A model generated the notes under the pieces. That model was not told where the DNA came from, did no database searches, and saw nothing but the letters and a program-made list of their open reading frames with translations. Both the position numbers and the translations under genes were made by a program. From Ptychomitrium polyphyllum (Eukaryota), in NCBI GenBank assembly GCA_973851085.1, contig OZ316775.1:4464001-4528000 (forward strand): a DNA stretch of 64,000 bases, written 5' to 3'. Below are positions 14,101-29,098 of the stretch, one piece after another. Within the stretch, counting starts at the first letter, position 1. Each line of letters opens with the position of its first letter.

Positions 14101-17100
14101 GGTTAGAAAGAATGTGTTCACAAATCCCAAAACCTCATGGAGCTCTCTGACCTCCTTCATTATAGCTGGCATGGCCATGCCTCCCTCTGTTGTAGTCACT
14201 TCCCAATGCAATTGCACCTGAAATTATGAGCTATTGAGATTTGAGATTTGGTGTGTATGTGGCGTTAGAGATCCTACTCCTGGCACTTTTGCCGGTAGCG
14301 CATAGTTGGATATGTCAAATGTTTATTGATTTTAATTTTTGATTTTAGGCAGAATTGAACCTTTACTTTCAATTTCTGAGAAAAACAAGCACTAGTTAGT
14401 AACCCTCAACTCTTTTGTGCCTAGGTCTGTTTGCAAAGACGAGCATATGATTGAAAATTTAGGCTTTTCCAGTTACCACCATTTTGTGAATTTTTATAAT
14501 TTTAAAATTTAGAATTTTACTGTATCATTTTAGAGTTAAATCGACTGCTATTCTGAATTTCTGAAAACAAAACCTGAATCTTAACAACTTTATTTTTAAG
14601 TATTTGCAAGTCGTGTCATTTTTGGAATTTGTTTAATAATCAATAGTTATGAGAATTCAATAACTTAGTATAAAAACTTATTAAACTATGCCAAAATTTC
14701 CATATATGTAAGGTGTACCATGTAACATGTTAATTTATTTTATTTTATTCAAGGCACTAATGATTTGTAATACTAAGTAGGCTACTATAATTTATATATA
14801 AAAAATTCAATACTATTTTCATAAAAGTATTAAAAAAAATTGAAAATTTTATTAAAAGAATTTTGTTTTAAAATTACAAGACATTCAAATTTTCAAAAAA
14901 ATTAAGATAATTGTTCTAAATATATTAACAACCAAACATAAGAAATAAAAAATTAGACAATATGGCAACAAAAATTATTAAAAATTGTTTAATTAAGTTA
15001 AGCAATTATTAACAGTTACAAACAATTAATGCCAAATATTTTTTAAGGAATCAGAATTAAGTAATAAAGTTGCACACAATGATAAAAAGTTGTAAAGTAC
15101 CAAATTGAAGCACTTCTAAAGAAAAGTATAAGTCCAAAATTTAACCAAGAATTTTTTGTCAAATTAAAAAATTATCAAATATTTTCTTTATTCATCTCCA
15201 AAAATACTTATGTTTTGAGATTTAACCAATTTTACAATTATGTCATCTTATGTAATTTTCATTTTGCACCAACACCTTATCATGTTATTTATAAGACCAT
15301 TTATGGTTCAATAAAAGAAAAGAAAAAGAAATATTTAGCAAAAAGCCTAGTTTTCTACTTTAAAAATTTACAATTCAATAAAAAAAATATTGTAAGTTAT
15401 GGAAAGTTGTCATATTATATTGTTAAATCCTTGTACAATCCTTTCAAAGAAGGATATCTCACATTACATCATTTCTAAAACATTTTTTACTTTTATTACA
15501 GTTTATTGTGCAAAATTTGAACAACTTAACATGACAGGAAGTGAAAATCATGTTAAGCTACCAACTTTGATGTTTAATGTGGAAAACTTCATTTCGATTA
15601 GACAAAAGCTTCTACAAATCCAAATATTTGGTAGAAAGTAGAAGTTGCAATTAAAAAAAATCGTTGTCACAAAAGAATTATGTACTATTGTGTATTTTGT
15701 ATTAATATGCAAGTCAATGTAAAAAGAAGTAAGATCAAATTTCATTTAAATCATACAGCTCTTTGACAAGGAATTTAAATGTGAAAGTGAGCATGACAAA
15801 GATAAGTTAATTAATTCATGGTTGATGTTGTATGCAAAATTCAATGGTTGATAAACTATTTGTAATAAGATGAGTATAAGAAAGCTTTTAAGAAATGATG
15901 GAATGTGGGTTTTGTTCTTGTAAGGGAACATGCTTGGTTTTCACCTTTCCAGGCATGAACTTGGGAAAGGTGCACTTTCAAAAGCCTGGGTAAAGAGAAT
16001 GTACAATGTACAGTCATCCTGCAATTTCATGAGGGCAAACTCTCAAATTTTTGTATAAGGTGTAAACTGAAGACAATCACCATTTCAACAAGGAATGTTC
16101 CTTTTCTCAAATTCTCTATAAGTTTTTAACTTTTTCGTTAAATAAAAAATAAGATTCAAAACCCAATACAACATGTTTTATGATAGATTTGAATTATAAA
16201 GTTTTAATGGGTGTATTTTCTTAAGTTCCAAACTCACAAATGGACTTAACCATTAATTATCCAAACAACAACTAGTAACCACCACTTTATGAATGCACAA
16301 TCATCCAAACGTCATTGAATTACCACCATGCATCAAATCAAATTCCACCACATGCGATCCTCCTTAAACTAGTGTAATTTTGCTTTCTTAACTTGTACAA
16401 AAGATCTATCTACTAGCTTAAAAACATAGTATTACTAAGCCAATTCAAGGCACCTTAGTAAGTTTAAAATTGTAATTTTAACTCACATAATTAATAATTT
16501 TGACTAATAGTCATTGATTCAAATAAATAGTTTGGTGATTTTGATGAATAGTATCAATTGACATGGATTGGAAAAGGTCACTTTAAAAGGTGGCAGCTAC
16601 CTTTAAAGCCTTTATTAGGACTTTCAACCTTAATTTTCTATGATCATTCTTTTTATTTATTCATGTTTAATTTCAAAAAAATCTAAAATCTCCTATATGT
16701 TTCCATTATTACTTTTTTTTGTTTCCATTTGTGCTAGCCTTAATCCATTACCATTTTTTACCAATCTTGTTTTACTAACAAAAAAACACTTTATTGTTAA
16801 TGATAATATTTGTGGTAATTTTTAATCTTATTAATAGCTAATAAGCTATTAATAAGATATAGATCTCATAAAATAATAGTTGTATCTTTTTATCCATTGT
16901 TGTGCAAATATTGCAACTAATATGTTTTGAAACTTACGTATACTATGTTTTACAATGACATTTAATATTGATTATAAATTTTGCACGGTTCTTTATAACT
17001 ATTAATATTTTATTTCTTATTTTAACAATAAATGAATAACAATAAGAATTTAGTATAATAATTTGATGCTCATACATTCTTTAGATGATGAAACATAGAT

Positions 17101-20100
17101 TACACTTATACAATTGAATCTACTATAATCATTATCAAAAAAAATTAATTAAAATTAAAATTATTTTCAAATAAATTGATTGAAGATTTAACACCAAATC
17201 AATTATTTAAATCAATGATGGATTTATAAAATTCAAAAAAATAGTCATATAACAATTAGCTATATATAAAAAATAGTGAATGGATTACAATTGATGAAAG
17301 TACAAATAAAAGATTGAAGAATAAATATACAAAATATAAACTTTAAAGTCCAAATATTGACTATTGAATAAAAATTAGGTTGAAGTAACAACTTGCTTTA
17401 AAAACTATAATTATAAATAAAAATTTTAAGCTATCCATGGCCTTTTCAGTTATAAAAATTCCATAAACTCATAAATTCTTTATTTAAATTTATCGAAGTT
17501 GCATCCAAAAATTTATAAACTTATTTTTTAGAAATTTCAATAGTTTAATTTAAAGATATATATTTTATAAACTGTAGTTAATATAAGAATTCTAAAATGA
17601 ATAAAGACTCTAGACAAATGTGTATAAAATAAATGTTTGAATCCATCCATGATTTTAAATGAATTTACTTTAATCTTTAAAAATTAAATGAGAACCACAA
17701 AGCAAAGACGTACAATCAAAAAATTTATATATTCAAATTTGGAAGAGCATAATTGGATTTTTATCTAAAATAACATTAACTTTCCAAAATTTGTACAAGG
17801 TTCTAAATTAAAAAAAATCATCTATTCTATGGAAAGTCTTACATCCTTAAGGTGTCCAAAAATATATCTATATTTGTTTGAATTATATAGATAAAATAAG
17901 GTATTAAATTTCAAATACAAACAGATAAAATTCTTTTTTTTTAAAATGAGATTCATATGTCCATGTAGTACATCTTGTGTATTACAACATATCCAAATTT
18001 TATCCAAAGATTCTGCTTGTATCAATTTTTTTGGCAAAAATTGCACGAACACTTACTATAGGCTCTTACACAATAAAGGAGTTGGCCTTGCTCTAATGTG
18101 AAAGTGGTGCAAGGTCACATAGCCAAAGAATGTTATGCTTATTTACCTTCTAACAAATTCAATTGCATTTGTCAAAAAAAACCCAAAAGTACAAGTTAAA
18201 ACCACAATTTTAAAAATCTAGGTTTCCACATCACAACAAGCACTTGTATCTTGAGGGCAATCCACAACCTGGGTGAGTGGCTGGTGTTTGCAAGGGTCAG
18301 CCATGGTTCATGGTTGCTAATGCAAACTATGGGCAAAGCATAGCAGTTGCAAAAGAGTGGTGAGGTAAAGTTGATAGCACTGCAGGCAGTTCATAACATT
18401 GAGTGACTTAGTTGAGCCTGCACCTGATTGTCAAGGCCAAAGGACAACAAGTATACAGTAAGGATCTCCATTGCTTTTTTTTGGTTTTATTTGGGAACAA
18501 CACAGTCATGATCATCATAACAAGAAGTTAAAAGTTCATGGCAGCACTCATTTCAGTGATTTTACTGTAGTTGTGATCATTAACTGTTGAAAGGAATCGA
18601 AAATGGCTCCTACTATTGCATGCTAAAAGTAGGAGAATAGATAAACTTCTTCACAGAAAGATAAACTTGTGTAGCAGCTGAATGAATATTGATAGCAAGT
18701 TGTTGTGTGAATCTCCTTGCAGGCAGCCTGCAGAGCTCAGAGATCTCCTTGGGCCCTACCATTCAAGTATCTATACATTCACTCATTTGCTGACCTTGGC
18801 CAAATCTTCAACTGCTGCCTGCTAAGCAATTTCAAAATGCGTTTTTTATTAAAAAATACCATTGCAAAAGTGTTTCTTTAAATCTGATGAAACTTTTATC
18901 TTTTGTAGAGGTTGCTTAGGGAAGAAACTTAGCATTCCAGAACAGCTGCTTGAACTACCTTTTAATCAATGAACATATAATGAATACTAAGCACGTTTGG
19001 TAATGGCATAGAGTTTTGAGAATCCATGTAATAAATGTAGCATTTGTTCACGGGTTAGAGAAATAAAAGATTTTAGATTCTTTTCAAAAGGACAGTTTCC
19101 TTCATTGTTCTAAAATGCTATGGATTATCTTCCATTACAATGTAATATAATGACCAACCACAATAATTTGTTTGATTCCCACTTGTAATCACCATCTACA
19201 CTACTCCAATGTTCCACCAACATTCTACTTTTGACATGTCAACCATTTTTAATCGAATTTAACTAATCTACCACTTTTTAAATGATCACAAATGGAGTCT
19301 CTTTCCTTGAGTGAAGATGTGAAACAATTCATTATCCAACAACAAATTAATTCATTAGAACTTCTTTCACCAAATTAACCCATAAAAGATAATTGCCTTT
19401 TAGGAATTAATAAGAAGGTGGTTCTAAATTTTAAAATGCTTTTGTATTGCCAATTATGTGTATGATTTTCAAAAAAAATTATAGAAGGTGTAAAGATGTT
19501 CTTTGGAATTATTGAAAATTAACGGCTTCAAACCATATACAATTTTTTGTATGTATGTATCAACATCCATTCATAAGTTGTAATGAATGAAATGATCACT
19601 TATTTATTGAGCTATCATTCAATTTAAATTTGGATTTTTAACATTTGTATTCAAGGAATCAATAATAAAAGTCATAAGGTTAAACTTCATAAAGAATAGT
19701 CCTTTCATTCCACTAATATATGATCCTTAACATAACAATAGGATATTGTTGCAAATTGGCCATTCTATCTATCAACACATATCATTTGCTTTTTTCTTTG
19801 TAGAATTATATGATTTAAATTATACTTAGTTGAAATTCACTCAATATCATAGCAAGATGTGAATATTCAATTTCCAAATAAAGTTCATATTCATTACTTG
19901 TATACTTCATTTCAGAGGTAGTAGAAGAAATTAACTTAAAATTTTAAACAATCCAACACATAAGAAAACTATTAAGGTTAATATAACTTTGGCTCCCAAT
20001 TTTTATTGATTCTTTAAAAGAAATTTAAAATTGACATTATATATACATTGCAATATACATAAAAGCACATTCCAAAGGAATAAAAGTCTCTTGATACTTC

Positions 20101-21830
20101 CAAGTAGGATTTGATAAAAAGTTATTTTATTTCAAATGATGAAAAAGAAAATGAAAATAGAATTTAAAAATTATAGAAATTAGATCCAATATTTTTGAAG
20201 GTCCTCCAATTAAAATTGGGGTTATTAAATTCTTTGATTTTATATATGATTACATGCTTTTTGAAATAGCAGTAAAAATAGCAACTTTGGAGTAGTTTGC
20301 CAAAAATTTGTCAAAAATTCATTATATATTGTATGATATTGAATATTTATATACATATTATATAAAAATTACTTAAATTTTATATGGATATTAAAAATAT
20401 TTTTATATAAATACTAAATGTGTTAATTAAATATGGTGTTTCTTATATTTTGTACAAAACAAACAACACCTGGTAGTACCTTTCTCTCTCATTATAATTT
20501 GCAACTAGTACTAAAGTATTTAAAATTTAAAATTCATTTTTTAAAATTTTGATTCTTTCTTAATTATTTTAAAAAATATTTTACAATGCTAAAATTCTAT
20601 ATATAGAAGTTAGTGTTTTAAAAGTCCAAAATTGCACAAAATTATATCATTGATTGTATTTACATTGAATAACTGCATTATGATCTTATAATCCCACTGA
20701 CAATGTTTAAGGTGGAATTTTATATATTAGCTATTTTTTGATATATTGGTTATTTACTACAAAATAGTAGATTTTATTTATGTAAACAATAAGTAGAAGT
20801 TTTTATATTGTTTGAGAACATACTACATTATAGAAATGTTAAAGAAAATAACAATTAAATATAAAAATATAAACATCAAGTTTTTATTATATTTGTTTTA
20901 TTTGAAAATTAAAAAATCTAGTCATATGTTTGAACAAAAATTATAAGAATATGATAATTAATAATCTAATTATAAATTATTATAATATTATTATTGGAAT
21001 AATATTAATGTTTTATATCAATTATTTTAACTTTAACTATCTTAAATCATCAATGATTATAAACAACCTTGAAAATTCTTGTTGCGTGTTTATTTCTGTA
21101 CTAAGTTCATTGATTATAGAATAATTATGACATCATTGAAATCAAATATTAAAAAAAATAATTTATTAACATTCATTTTTATTTTATGCACTTTACAAAC
21201 ATAGCTTTTTCTATTATATAGAACCAATTTTGGAATGATGTCAATCGATTTTGGAGTTTGAAGCATCATAGAGTAGAAGATCATAACATTTTTTATATTT
21301 TATGAATGATCTTTAAATTTAAAGGTTGGCACTTTAGAGCTGAAATTTTATAAATAAACATATTCAAATTAAAAAAAATTCAATAGGAAGGTTGTTTGAC
21401 ATTGTCTCGTTACACATTGGGATCAAAAGAAATTATTACAAAGAATTAATGTGTTCAAAGATGATCTTGCAATGTCAAAAAGAAAGTCCATAATTTATTA
21501 ATTAAGAAGTAACTAAACTTAATTTGGAATCTAAACAAATCATTTCTTTTGCAATTAAGATACTTGATGAAAGAGAAACAATTCCTTGAAGTTCTAGCCA
21601 TCTAAAGTTTAAAAAAGACATCCTATACTTGTACAAGTTAATCAATTGATTTTAGAGAAGACACTATAGCACTTAAGTATGGACAAAAAAAAGGTTGAAA
21701 GAAGACAATAGAAGGGCAAAATTTGAAGACTTTTTAGACAACTCTATTAAAAATTTGATTTTCTAGGAACCACCAGGCTATTCAATTTTGGTAAGAAAGA
21801 GAATTGTGGTTATACACTAGGTAATGCAAA

Positions 21831-22181
21831 CTAGGAAAAGGATAACAAAAAATGACCCCCTCCAAAAGTTTCATACAATTCACTTCCAAATTTACACTTA
21901 TGCATGTAGCATATTTCCAATTTACAAACAACTTTATTTTCTATGCACTTTCTTACAATCTTGCTTGTCTTAAACATAGCCTCTAATAAAAAGCTTGCTA
22001 CCACATAAGAACAATGAATTTTCAAGCCTAGAAATGTATCTTTGAGTGGATGGGAAATAACCAACTTGCTCTATTTGACCATACTGGAATTGTGGTGAAC
22101 AGATTTCTAGATTGGACCTTTAATTTCTTCACAAAAGAGAGGTGTCCACTAGGTTACAATTTGGGAGGCATCCTCATTGCT
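21831..22181 (-). pseudogene. Possible decayed exon of an unidentified gene or TE ORF
   Basis: After a pyrimidine-rich acceptor (CTCCCTGCACTTTGTAG) one frame reads SNEDASQIVT*WTPLFCEEIKGPI*KSVHHNSSMVK*SKLVISHPLKDTFLGL...KFGSELYETFGGG. All three stops are TAG, compatible with CAG or TGG transitions. Confidence 0.25.
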
Positions 22182-25085
22182 CTACAAAGTGCAGGGAGAA
22201 AGGTGTGTAGCCCATAGTACAAACAAGGAGAAGAATAATAAGTTGATCATAAGGGAGTTGAGCCTGAAAGTGTCATGGAAATTGAAGACAAATTGTCTGG
22301 GAGATTCTAAAAGAGGCTCTGGCTGTGACAGGTTCCGGGCTTTGGTTATGAATACCTGAAACCGCAGACATGAGTTGATAGAAGTACCACAAGTTGATAG
22401 GTTTTTGATGTAGTAAGGAGTTGCAGCAAGGGGAGCTTTGACCAGACTCCCCTTTAGAAAGAATTATAGCAGTCAATACTACTTTTTAACAGAATCAACT
22501 CATGGTCATTCATCATCAACAACTGCAGTGTAAGTGCAGATGGGCTGTAAAATAAGTGGTTCAGACCAGTACATTTTGGTGCTGTTCAAGACCCTGGCCC
22601 TGTATAGAAATGATCCCGGACACAGTCAATAGCTAGCTCATTCTCACAAGAGTTGATAGCCTTGCTCTATGCATACTAGCTCATTGCATTATAGTTATGC
22701 TCAAAGAACCTCAAAGAACCTCAAAGAAAAAATTATCCAAAAATTTCAGGTACAATTTAAGAGCCACAACAAAGCCTTAAAAAAGCCCTTAAAAAGTTCT
22801 CACAAAAGTATGCTAAGGTACCAACTAAATCGTGTCATTGTAATTTTAACCTTTGCACCCTACAAAATTCTTTGTGTGGCACCAGGAAGTCTCCCCTTCT
22901 CAAATCAAGCTAAAGTTCTCTTCAGTATATGTGCTTGGCAACAAGCTCTATTTGTTTTTGAGTTCAAAAGACATAATGCAATGCATGGTATAATGTAAAG
23001 ATGTGGAGACCCTTTTGAAGTAAATCTATTACACCCAATGGAGTTCTTTTCCATATGGGCCTTGAAACTACATTTACAACATTTTTATTCACCATGTAGC
23101 CATAAATTTAATAGAAGCTAACTTTTATTCAAATGTGATTTTCTTTTTGTCCATCTAAGCAACACTTTATTTTCATTCCTTAATTTTTGAAAAGATGTGT
23201 TGAATTTAACTAAAAGTTTAAAACACTAATTTCTCTATAATAAAAGCGTGTTAGATTACATTTCTTGGTGCAAACTTACTCCATTTATGACAAAAATTAT
23301 ATTGTTGAATACATTAAGTTCACTAATAAATTTTTGAAAATCAAATTCTCTTACAATGGTCACATTGACCATGTAAGCCCTGTGCTTTTGGTGACTAGGC
23401 AAGAAATGAAAAAAATAAATTCAATGAAAATGATAGAAATGAAATGTAAAACATAATACAAATGTTTTCAAATCCATGTGTGTTATATTTAAGTGTCTTG
23501 TAATATGTAGTGCTTACGAAATATGAGGTGTTTTAATTTATCTTGTCTGTATAATAAAGTCAGATGCATGAATTTATTTGCATCAGTAACCTCACCATCA
23601 CTTAAATTTTTAACTAATAATAACATAAACCATTATAAGATACTAAACTGTAAATAATAAATAAATAAAATTGTACCAATAGTACAAATTTTAGTCAATA
23701 TGTAAAATCATTAATTGTTTCTCTTGCATAGGAATAAACATGGTCATGAAAGTGAACTGATATTAAAATAAAAATATATACTTGATTATTTTGATCAATG
23801 TTTCTTATTTGACCAAATTATTTTTTCATTGATTTAGGTAATTGGTTAATTTTCCAACAAAAGTGTAGTTACCAATCTAAAAACCAAGGCATGGAAAATA
23901 ATAATAAAATTATAAATAATTTTTCTTGTATATTTCAAAAGATTTGGATTTTTTTGAATTCTTAAAAAATAAATTACTCCTAATATGATTTAACTATGAA
24001 TGAAATTTGTACTCTAATCCTATATGTTTCAAATTTAAAAACAATGTCTTTATATCTCTAAATAATATAAATTTCTTTTTTGGCATAAAGAAGTGGTCCA
24101 ATTTTAAACAACTAAAATGGATAGATAGAATTACAAAAACTGTTATTGCATTTGACCTAATTAAAATTCTTTCAAGTAGTTCAAGTTTTGAGTAGATATC
24201 ATTTTAATTACAATATCAATCCAACAGTATAAATAGAAGAAATCATTTTGTTATCAATATTATAAAATTAGGCATAAATAAGAACATACAAAAAATAACA
24301 AACGTGCTCTTAAGAATATTAAACATTCCAATAAGTTGGCATAAAACGTATTCAATATAGCTGATAAAAAGAAAACTTGTTTGTGAATATAATATGTAAC
24401 AAATTCATCATTTTCAAATAAGATTTTAGAATTACTAAAAAAAACATATGTTTTAAAATCTATGTACCCAGATCTAAAATTAAACCAAATTCAAAGATGG
24501 ATTTTCTCCTTTAAAAAGCTTAAAGTATCTAATTTTTTTATAATTTGATATGTTGCACAAGAAAATCTAGTGATTTTGTTATTAATGTTTTTACATTTAC
24601 TTTGTTATGATACATGAACCTTATGTTAAATTATTACTAGATTCTTTATTAAATTCACAATACCTTTAAAGATACAAATATGGTTAATTTAGAATAATAT
24701 TATATATTAATTTAAGTTGAATTTGTGTTATTTATTAATAAAATTTTTGGTGGATTATAAGATGGAATAAATACTATTTATGATTTAAGATTATTTTAAT
24801 ATAAAGTCCAAATCTTTTGGAAAAGGAGGATTTAATTACTTCATATATCCTAACTTTGTCCTTTTGTATGTACAAAACACTTTGTATTTGCCATGATTTG
24901 GAAGGTTTTTATGTTTTCAATGGTATTGGTGACTTATAGTATATCTCTTGTAGGATTTTGGATAATATTATTTTGTTTCTAATTAAATTTAATAAATAGT
25001 GTGGTGTGTGTGATGGAATTTAATAAATAGTGCGGTATTGAAGAATTGGCTAGCAATGTAGAGATTTTGGAAGTACTCCAATGAA

Positions 25086-25465
25086 TGACAAGACCATGGA
25101 TTGTAGATCCATATCATGATCTTTCTAAATAATTTGCTAGAGCCAAAATCTAGTAGAGTAGATATAAAATCAAGTAACGGGATTTAATTTCATTAATTCT
25201 TACAAATGGAAATACAAGACAAAGATTAAATACAAAGATATGAAAAAATTGGACTTTAGGTTAAGAACAAGGTACAAGGCTAAATGGCCTAAGCCAAACT
25301 ATAAAAGATGCGTTGTTGAGATTAAAAATCCCTTCAATCTTGACTCTTATATATATTAGATTCAGAATGCTTGGAAACTTCTTAAGAAGCTACAAATACA
25401 ATAGATATATCAAAACAACCTTAAATTACTTCTTTAAAAGCTTCCTTGACCAAGATAGCTTTTTC
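25086..25465 (-). repeat. Decayed solo/partial LTR related to the LTR at 2308
   Basis: The reverse complement of ~25331-25392 (TAGCTTCTTAAGAAGTTTCCAAGCATTCTGAATCTAATATATATAAGAGTCAAGATTGAAGG) aligns by eye with ~2473-2534 (TAGCTTCCTAAGAAGCTTCCAAGGCTTCTAGTCTTAATATATATAGGAGTCAAAGTTGAAGG). TCTCAACAAC and TTGTACCTTGTT are also shared. Ends are approximate. Confidence 0.8.
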
Positions 25466-28400
25466 AATTAATCACTTGCATAATCCTCAACTTGGTGGGA
25501 TCTTGGGGTAGGTCTTTTCATAATATTTTAATAATTTGTCAATAGCATCCTCATTCAAAATAAGCCAAACAAATCCTCTAGTTCACTAAAATAAAAAGCT
25601 ATAAAATGTAGCGGAAGTAGTTAAATTCTTGGTGACCAGTTTGGTATTCTTGTCTTTGGTTTCTATTAGCAGTTGGTGTTAACCTAACCTTTTGGACATG
25701 AATCCGTTTTAAGAACAATACACAAAAAAATCCTACAAAACACATCCTAATTATAGTCATAATAAAAATCCTGAATTTTATACCTTTGTGCACTACTAAT
25801 AATGACGAGCGCCCCAGTGAATATTTTCAGCTCTCAAAAAGATTAAAAAGTTTCGTTTTACTTTCTTAAATTTATCTTTACTCTAACTCATTAATTTACA
25901 AAATATAATCAGTGGGTTGAAAGCCGGGTTTGGTTTCAACATAGATTTGTTTCAGCTTATTCCTCCTTACCCTTTTGACTGCACAGCCAGCTTTGTCCAA
26001 AACCAGTACAATGGCAGGACCCTGATTTCAAAATCGTTATAAATAAAGAAATGAAAATTAATTCCAATAAGGTTATCCAAAATGTTTAAAACAAATTTGA
26101 GCATTGAATCTGTGTATGACTTGAAATTTCTTCATTTTGCATAGAAAACTTGGGTTGCATCAATACTACAATATCAAGTCAACCAATATTATAATGCTAA
26201 GTCAAACAATTCTACAATGCAAAAATCAAGTTAGAAATATTAAAGTTCATTATTTCCTTGTAGTTCATAAATTTAAAGTATTGAAAGTAGCATTAGGGAT
26301 TGGAGTAGTGTTGTGTAGGTTCTTCTTTGACATGGCAAAACTTGTTTTAGTTTTGTATCTAAAGCTCTTTCAAAATCAATTTACACAACTTTCCAACTTC
26401 CCCTAATTTAATGTGTTTAAAGCTATAATAAAAAATATTCTAAAAATTAAAACAATTTTCGTGTTATGCTCTATAAAAATCCCTTATGAAAATTCTTACA
26501 TATATTTGACAACCCCTTATAAATTTGTCTTGTGTATTTATTGGAGGTTATAATATACATATATACAGTATGAACATGGTAGGATATGGCAGGAATTTCA
26601 CACTCAAAAGATGTCAAGCAAGTGTCCCTATCTCCATCTTTTGTATGTTACAATACTTCCTGCTCTGTGAAAGCATATCCTTCTGCTTTTGCAAAAAATG
26701 AAAGAGCACTGATCAAAGATTCACAGTACCTGTCAAACTGTGAAAAAGATTCTCCTTGCTTCAAAATGAGGAAAATTTTGTACTCAGATTACTCTATTTT
26801 AAGTATTAGTACTGGATACCTTGTACTCTTGCAACTTTAGACTGAAAGCTTCAAAATAGTTCTTAGTGAAGAAAATTGGGGCTGTGACGGCCTTTGATAC
26901 TGTACGTCAATTTAGTAATTCTGGATGTCATGGCCCACATACTTGCATAATTTCCAGTATAACTTATCAGCTGAATCAAAATTCACCCCAAAATCCCACC
27001 TCACCAGCAAAGTAAGAGGGAACCGTCTTGGGCGCACCAAGTGCTTGCTTCCCATGGACTATTTGTAATTTATTAGCATTACTATGGTACCTACACAGAG
27101 TAGAAATACAGCTCAGCTGTAAGAAAACCAATCATTTCAGTGTAAAGGGACATTCATCCCACTGGGGGCAATGGGTGCAGGGAGGCTGCCTGGCTGCCTA
27201 GTAACACCCCATCACATTACTACAGCTGCTCTTGAAAAACAAGCCCTGGTCAATAACCAAGACCCTGGTCAATTGACAAGACCCATGGCATCGTCACAGT
27301 ATTGGTGATTTCACCAGGGACTCGAATACTGGCTCAATGAACCAGAGGGTAAGTTCTGTTCATGTCCAGACCCTGTCCTTCTTGTCTGCTCTCCTCTTGG
27401 ACCCACTTGTAAGAAGAGTCAGGATGGCAATAAAATCTCTTCACTTGCCATGTAAGAGGAATAAGAAAAACGAATAAAAAGCAAAAAAAAGAGAACCTAC
27501 TGGCCTGATGAGTCAAGGGCAAGCCTCTGCATACCGGACATAAACTTTATAGGTACAGTACATACTGCATTTAAGAAGTGGTAAAAATAGAAAACAAAAA
27601 ACAGGTGAGACAAGTGAAGCCTGGTTCTTTGTACACATACATTTATACATTCACATATACATGTTCGGTGTGGGGTATTGTGTAGCTAGGTTGGGGAGGC
27701 AGCATTGTCAGGTGCAAGTCCTGCAAAAGCAAAGAATCTCACATCCACTGCCGCATCTGGCACTGGCCTTCCAGGCCTACAACCTAGCTCCAGGTGACTG
27801 GTGTGAGAGCGCGTGAAAGTGCCCCCCCGAGTTGCACTGTTGTTCTTTTATCTCTTTTTTTAATCAAGCCTTCTCAAACTCAGACACAAACACTCACTGC
27901 TTGGGACTAGCACTAGTACTTACATCAACTCACTCGTAGCGACCAAGCCGCCTCACTTCACTCGCACTAGTTGCAGTAGTGGACCTTGTTGCAGGACAAG
28001 GAGCCTAGTGGTACACTAGTGCCTGACATACATGAGTTTCTGATTTTTCTTGCACACAGATGACCTGCATCAATTTGCAGACAGAGCTAGCCCAGACGAG
28101 CTGCATTATTTTGAGTGTGAGGTGAAGAACTTTGCTCGATCGAGGGGAGGAGACAGCCCAGCGAGAGCTTGAAAGCAAGACCGGTGATGTTTTTAGTGAT
28201 GGCACTGGGAGGTGGTCATGAAGACTGCAATAGCAGCAATCAGAAAGCTTGTGGAGCCTGATAGAATGAGCAGTTTGGATCACATGTACGGGTTGCTGTC
28301 AAGGTGGTCGACATGCACTGCTGTACTGCAGGCACTAGATTGCAAAGTTGCTGCTTGCAAGGCGGAAGCTTTTGCAGGGGGGTACTGCCAGAGTGAGGAC

Positions 28401-29098
28401 GAGTGACGGCGACAGCACCAGCTTGCAGCGGAGAGAAAGTCCAACTTACGCAGGCATAAGCTGAGTCAGAAGACGTTGGAGAAAGTTTTTTGGCACACCG
28501 ACATCTAGCAAGGCAGGCACGCGGCCGCTAGCCGGTGACGGATCCTGAATCGTGGTTGCATGGAGGATTTATTTCTGTAGGGTGGATAACTTGGTTCAAG
28601 GACACAGACCTGACTTGGCTTGATACATTTTGCGAGATGTGGCTGATAGGGTGCCGGTACGCAGAAGAAGGGGTGATTAAGACCATCTTGCGCTAGTTAG
28701 CGATGGATGGTAGTTCCTCTTCACCAGTGGTTAATTTGAAGACAATTCTCGGAAGTCGCCACATTACCACTTAAGTGTTGTACCTTGGCTTCTGAGGTGC
28801 AAGGCTCTGCCAAAGGGCAAAGTTGTAGTTTTGACAAGAGGGGAGGGCTGGAGGTGCCCGGAGGCGCGCGGAGACGCGAGTTACGAAGATGCATTCCGAT
28901 TGCCTGATCTTCTTCATCTAAGTGACGTTTGGGGTTAGCTTTTGCAGTACTCACATTGCGTGATGAATCTGCGCCCCATGGCTTACTGCTGCTACTAGAC
29001 GCATCATCACTCTTTGTAGATTGAGTGAGCCTGGAAGGTTAAGCTCACGTTGCGAAGTGGTAAGAATCGTTTTGAGAGTATCTGGTGACGATTAAGGG

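Noticed and set aside
13784..14220. LGSDY-containing frame reminiscent of XPG/GEN1 nucleases
   Set aside because: Only a 5-residue resemblance in a stop-interrupted frame, which is insufficient.
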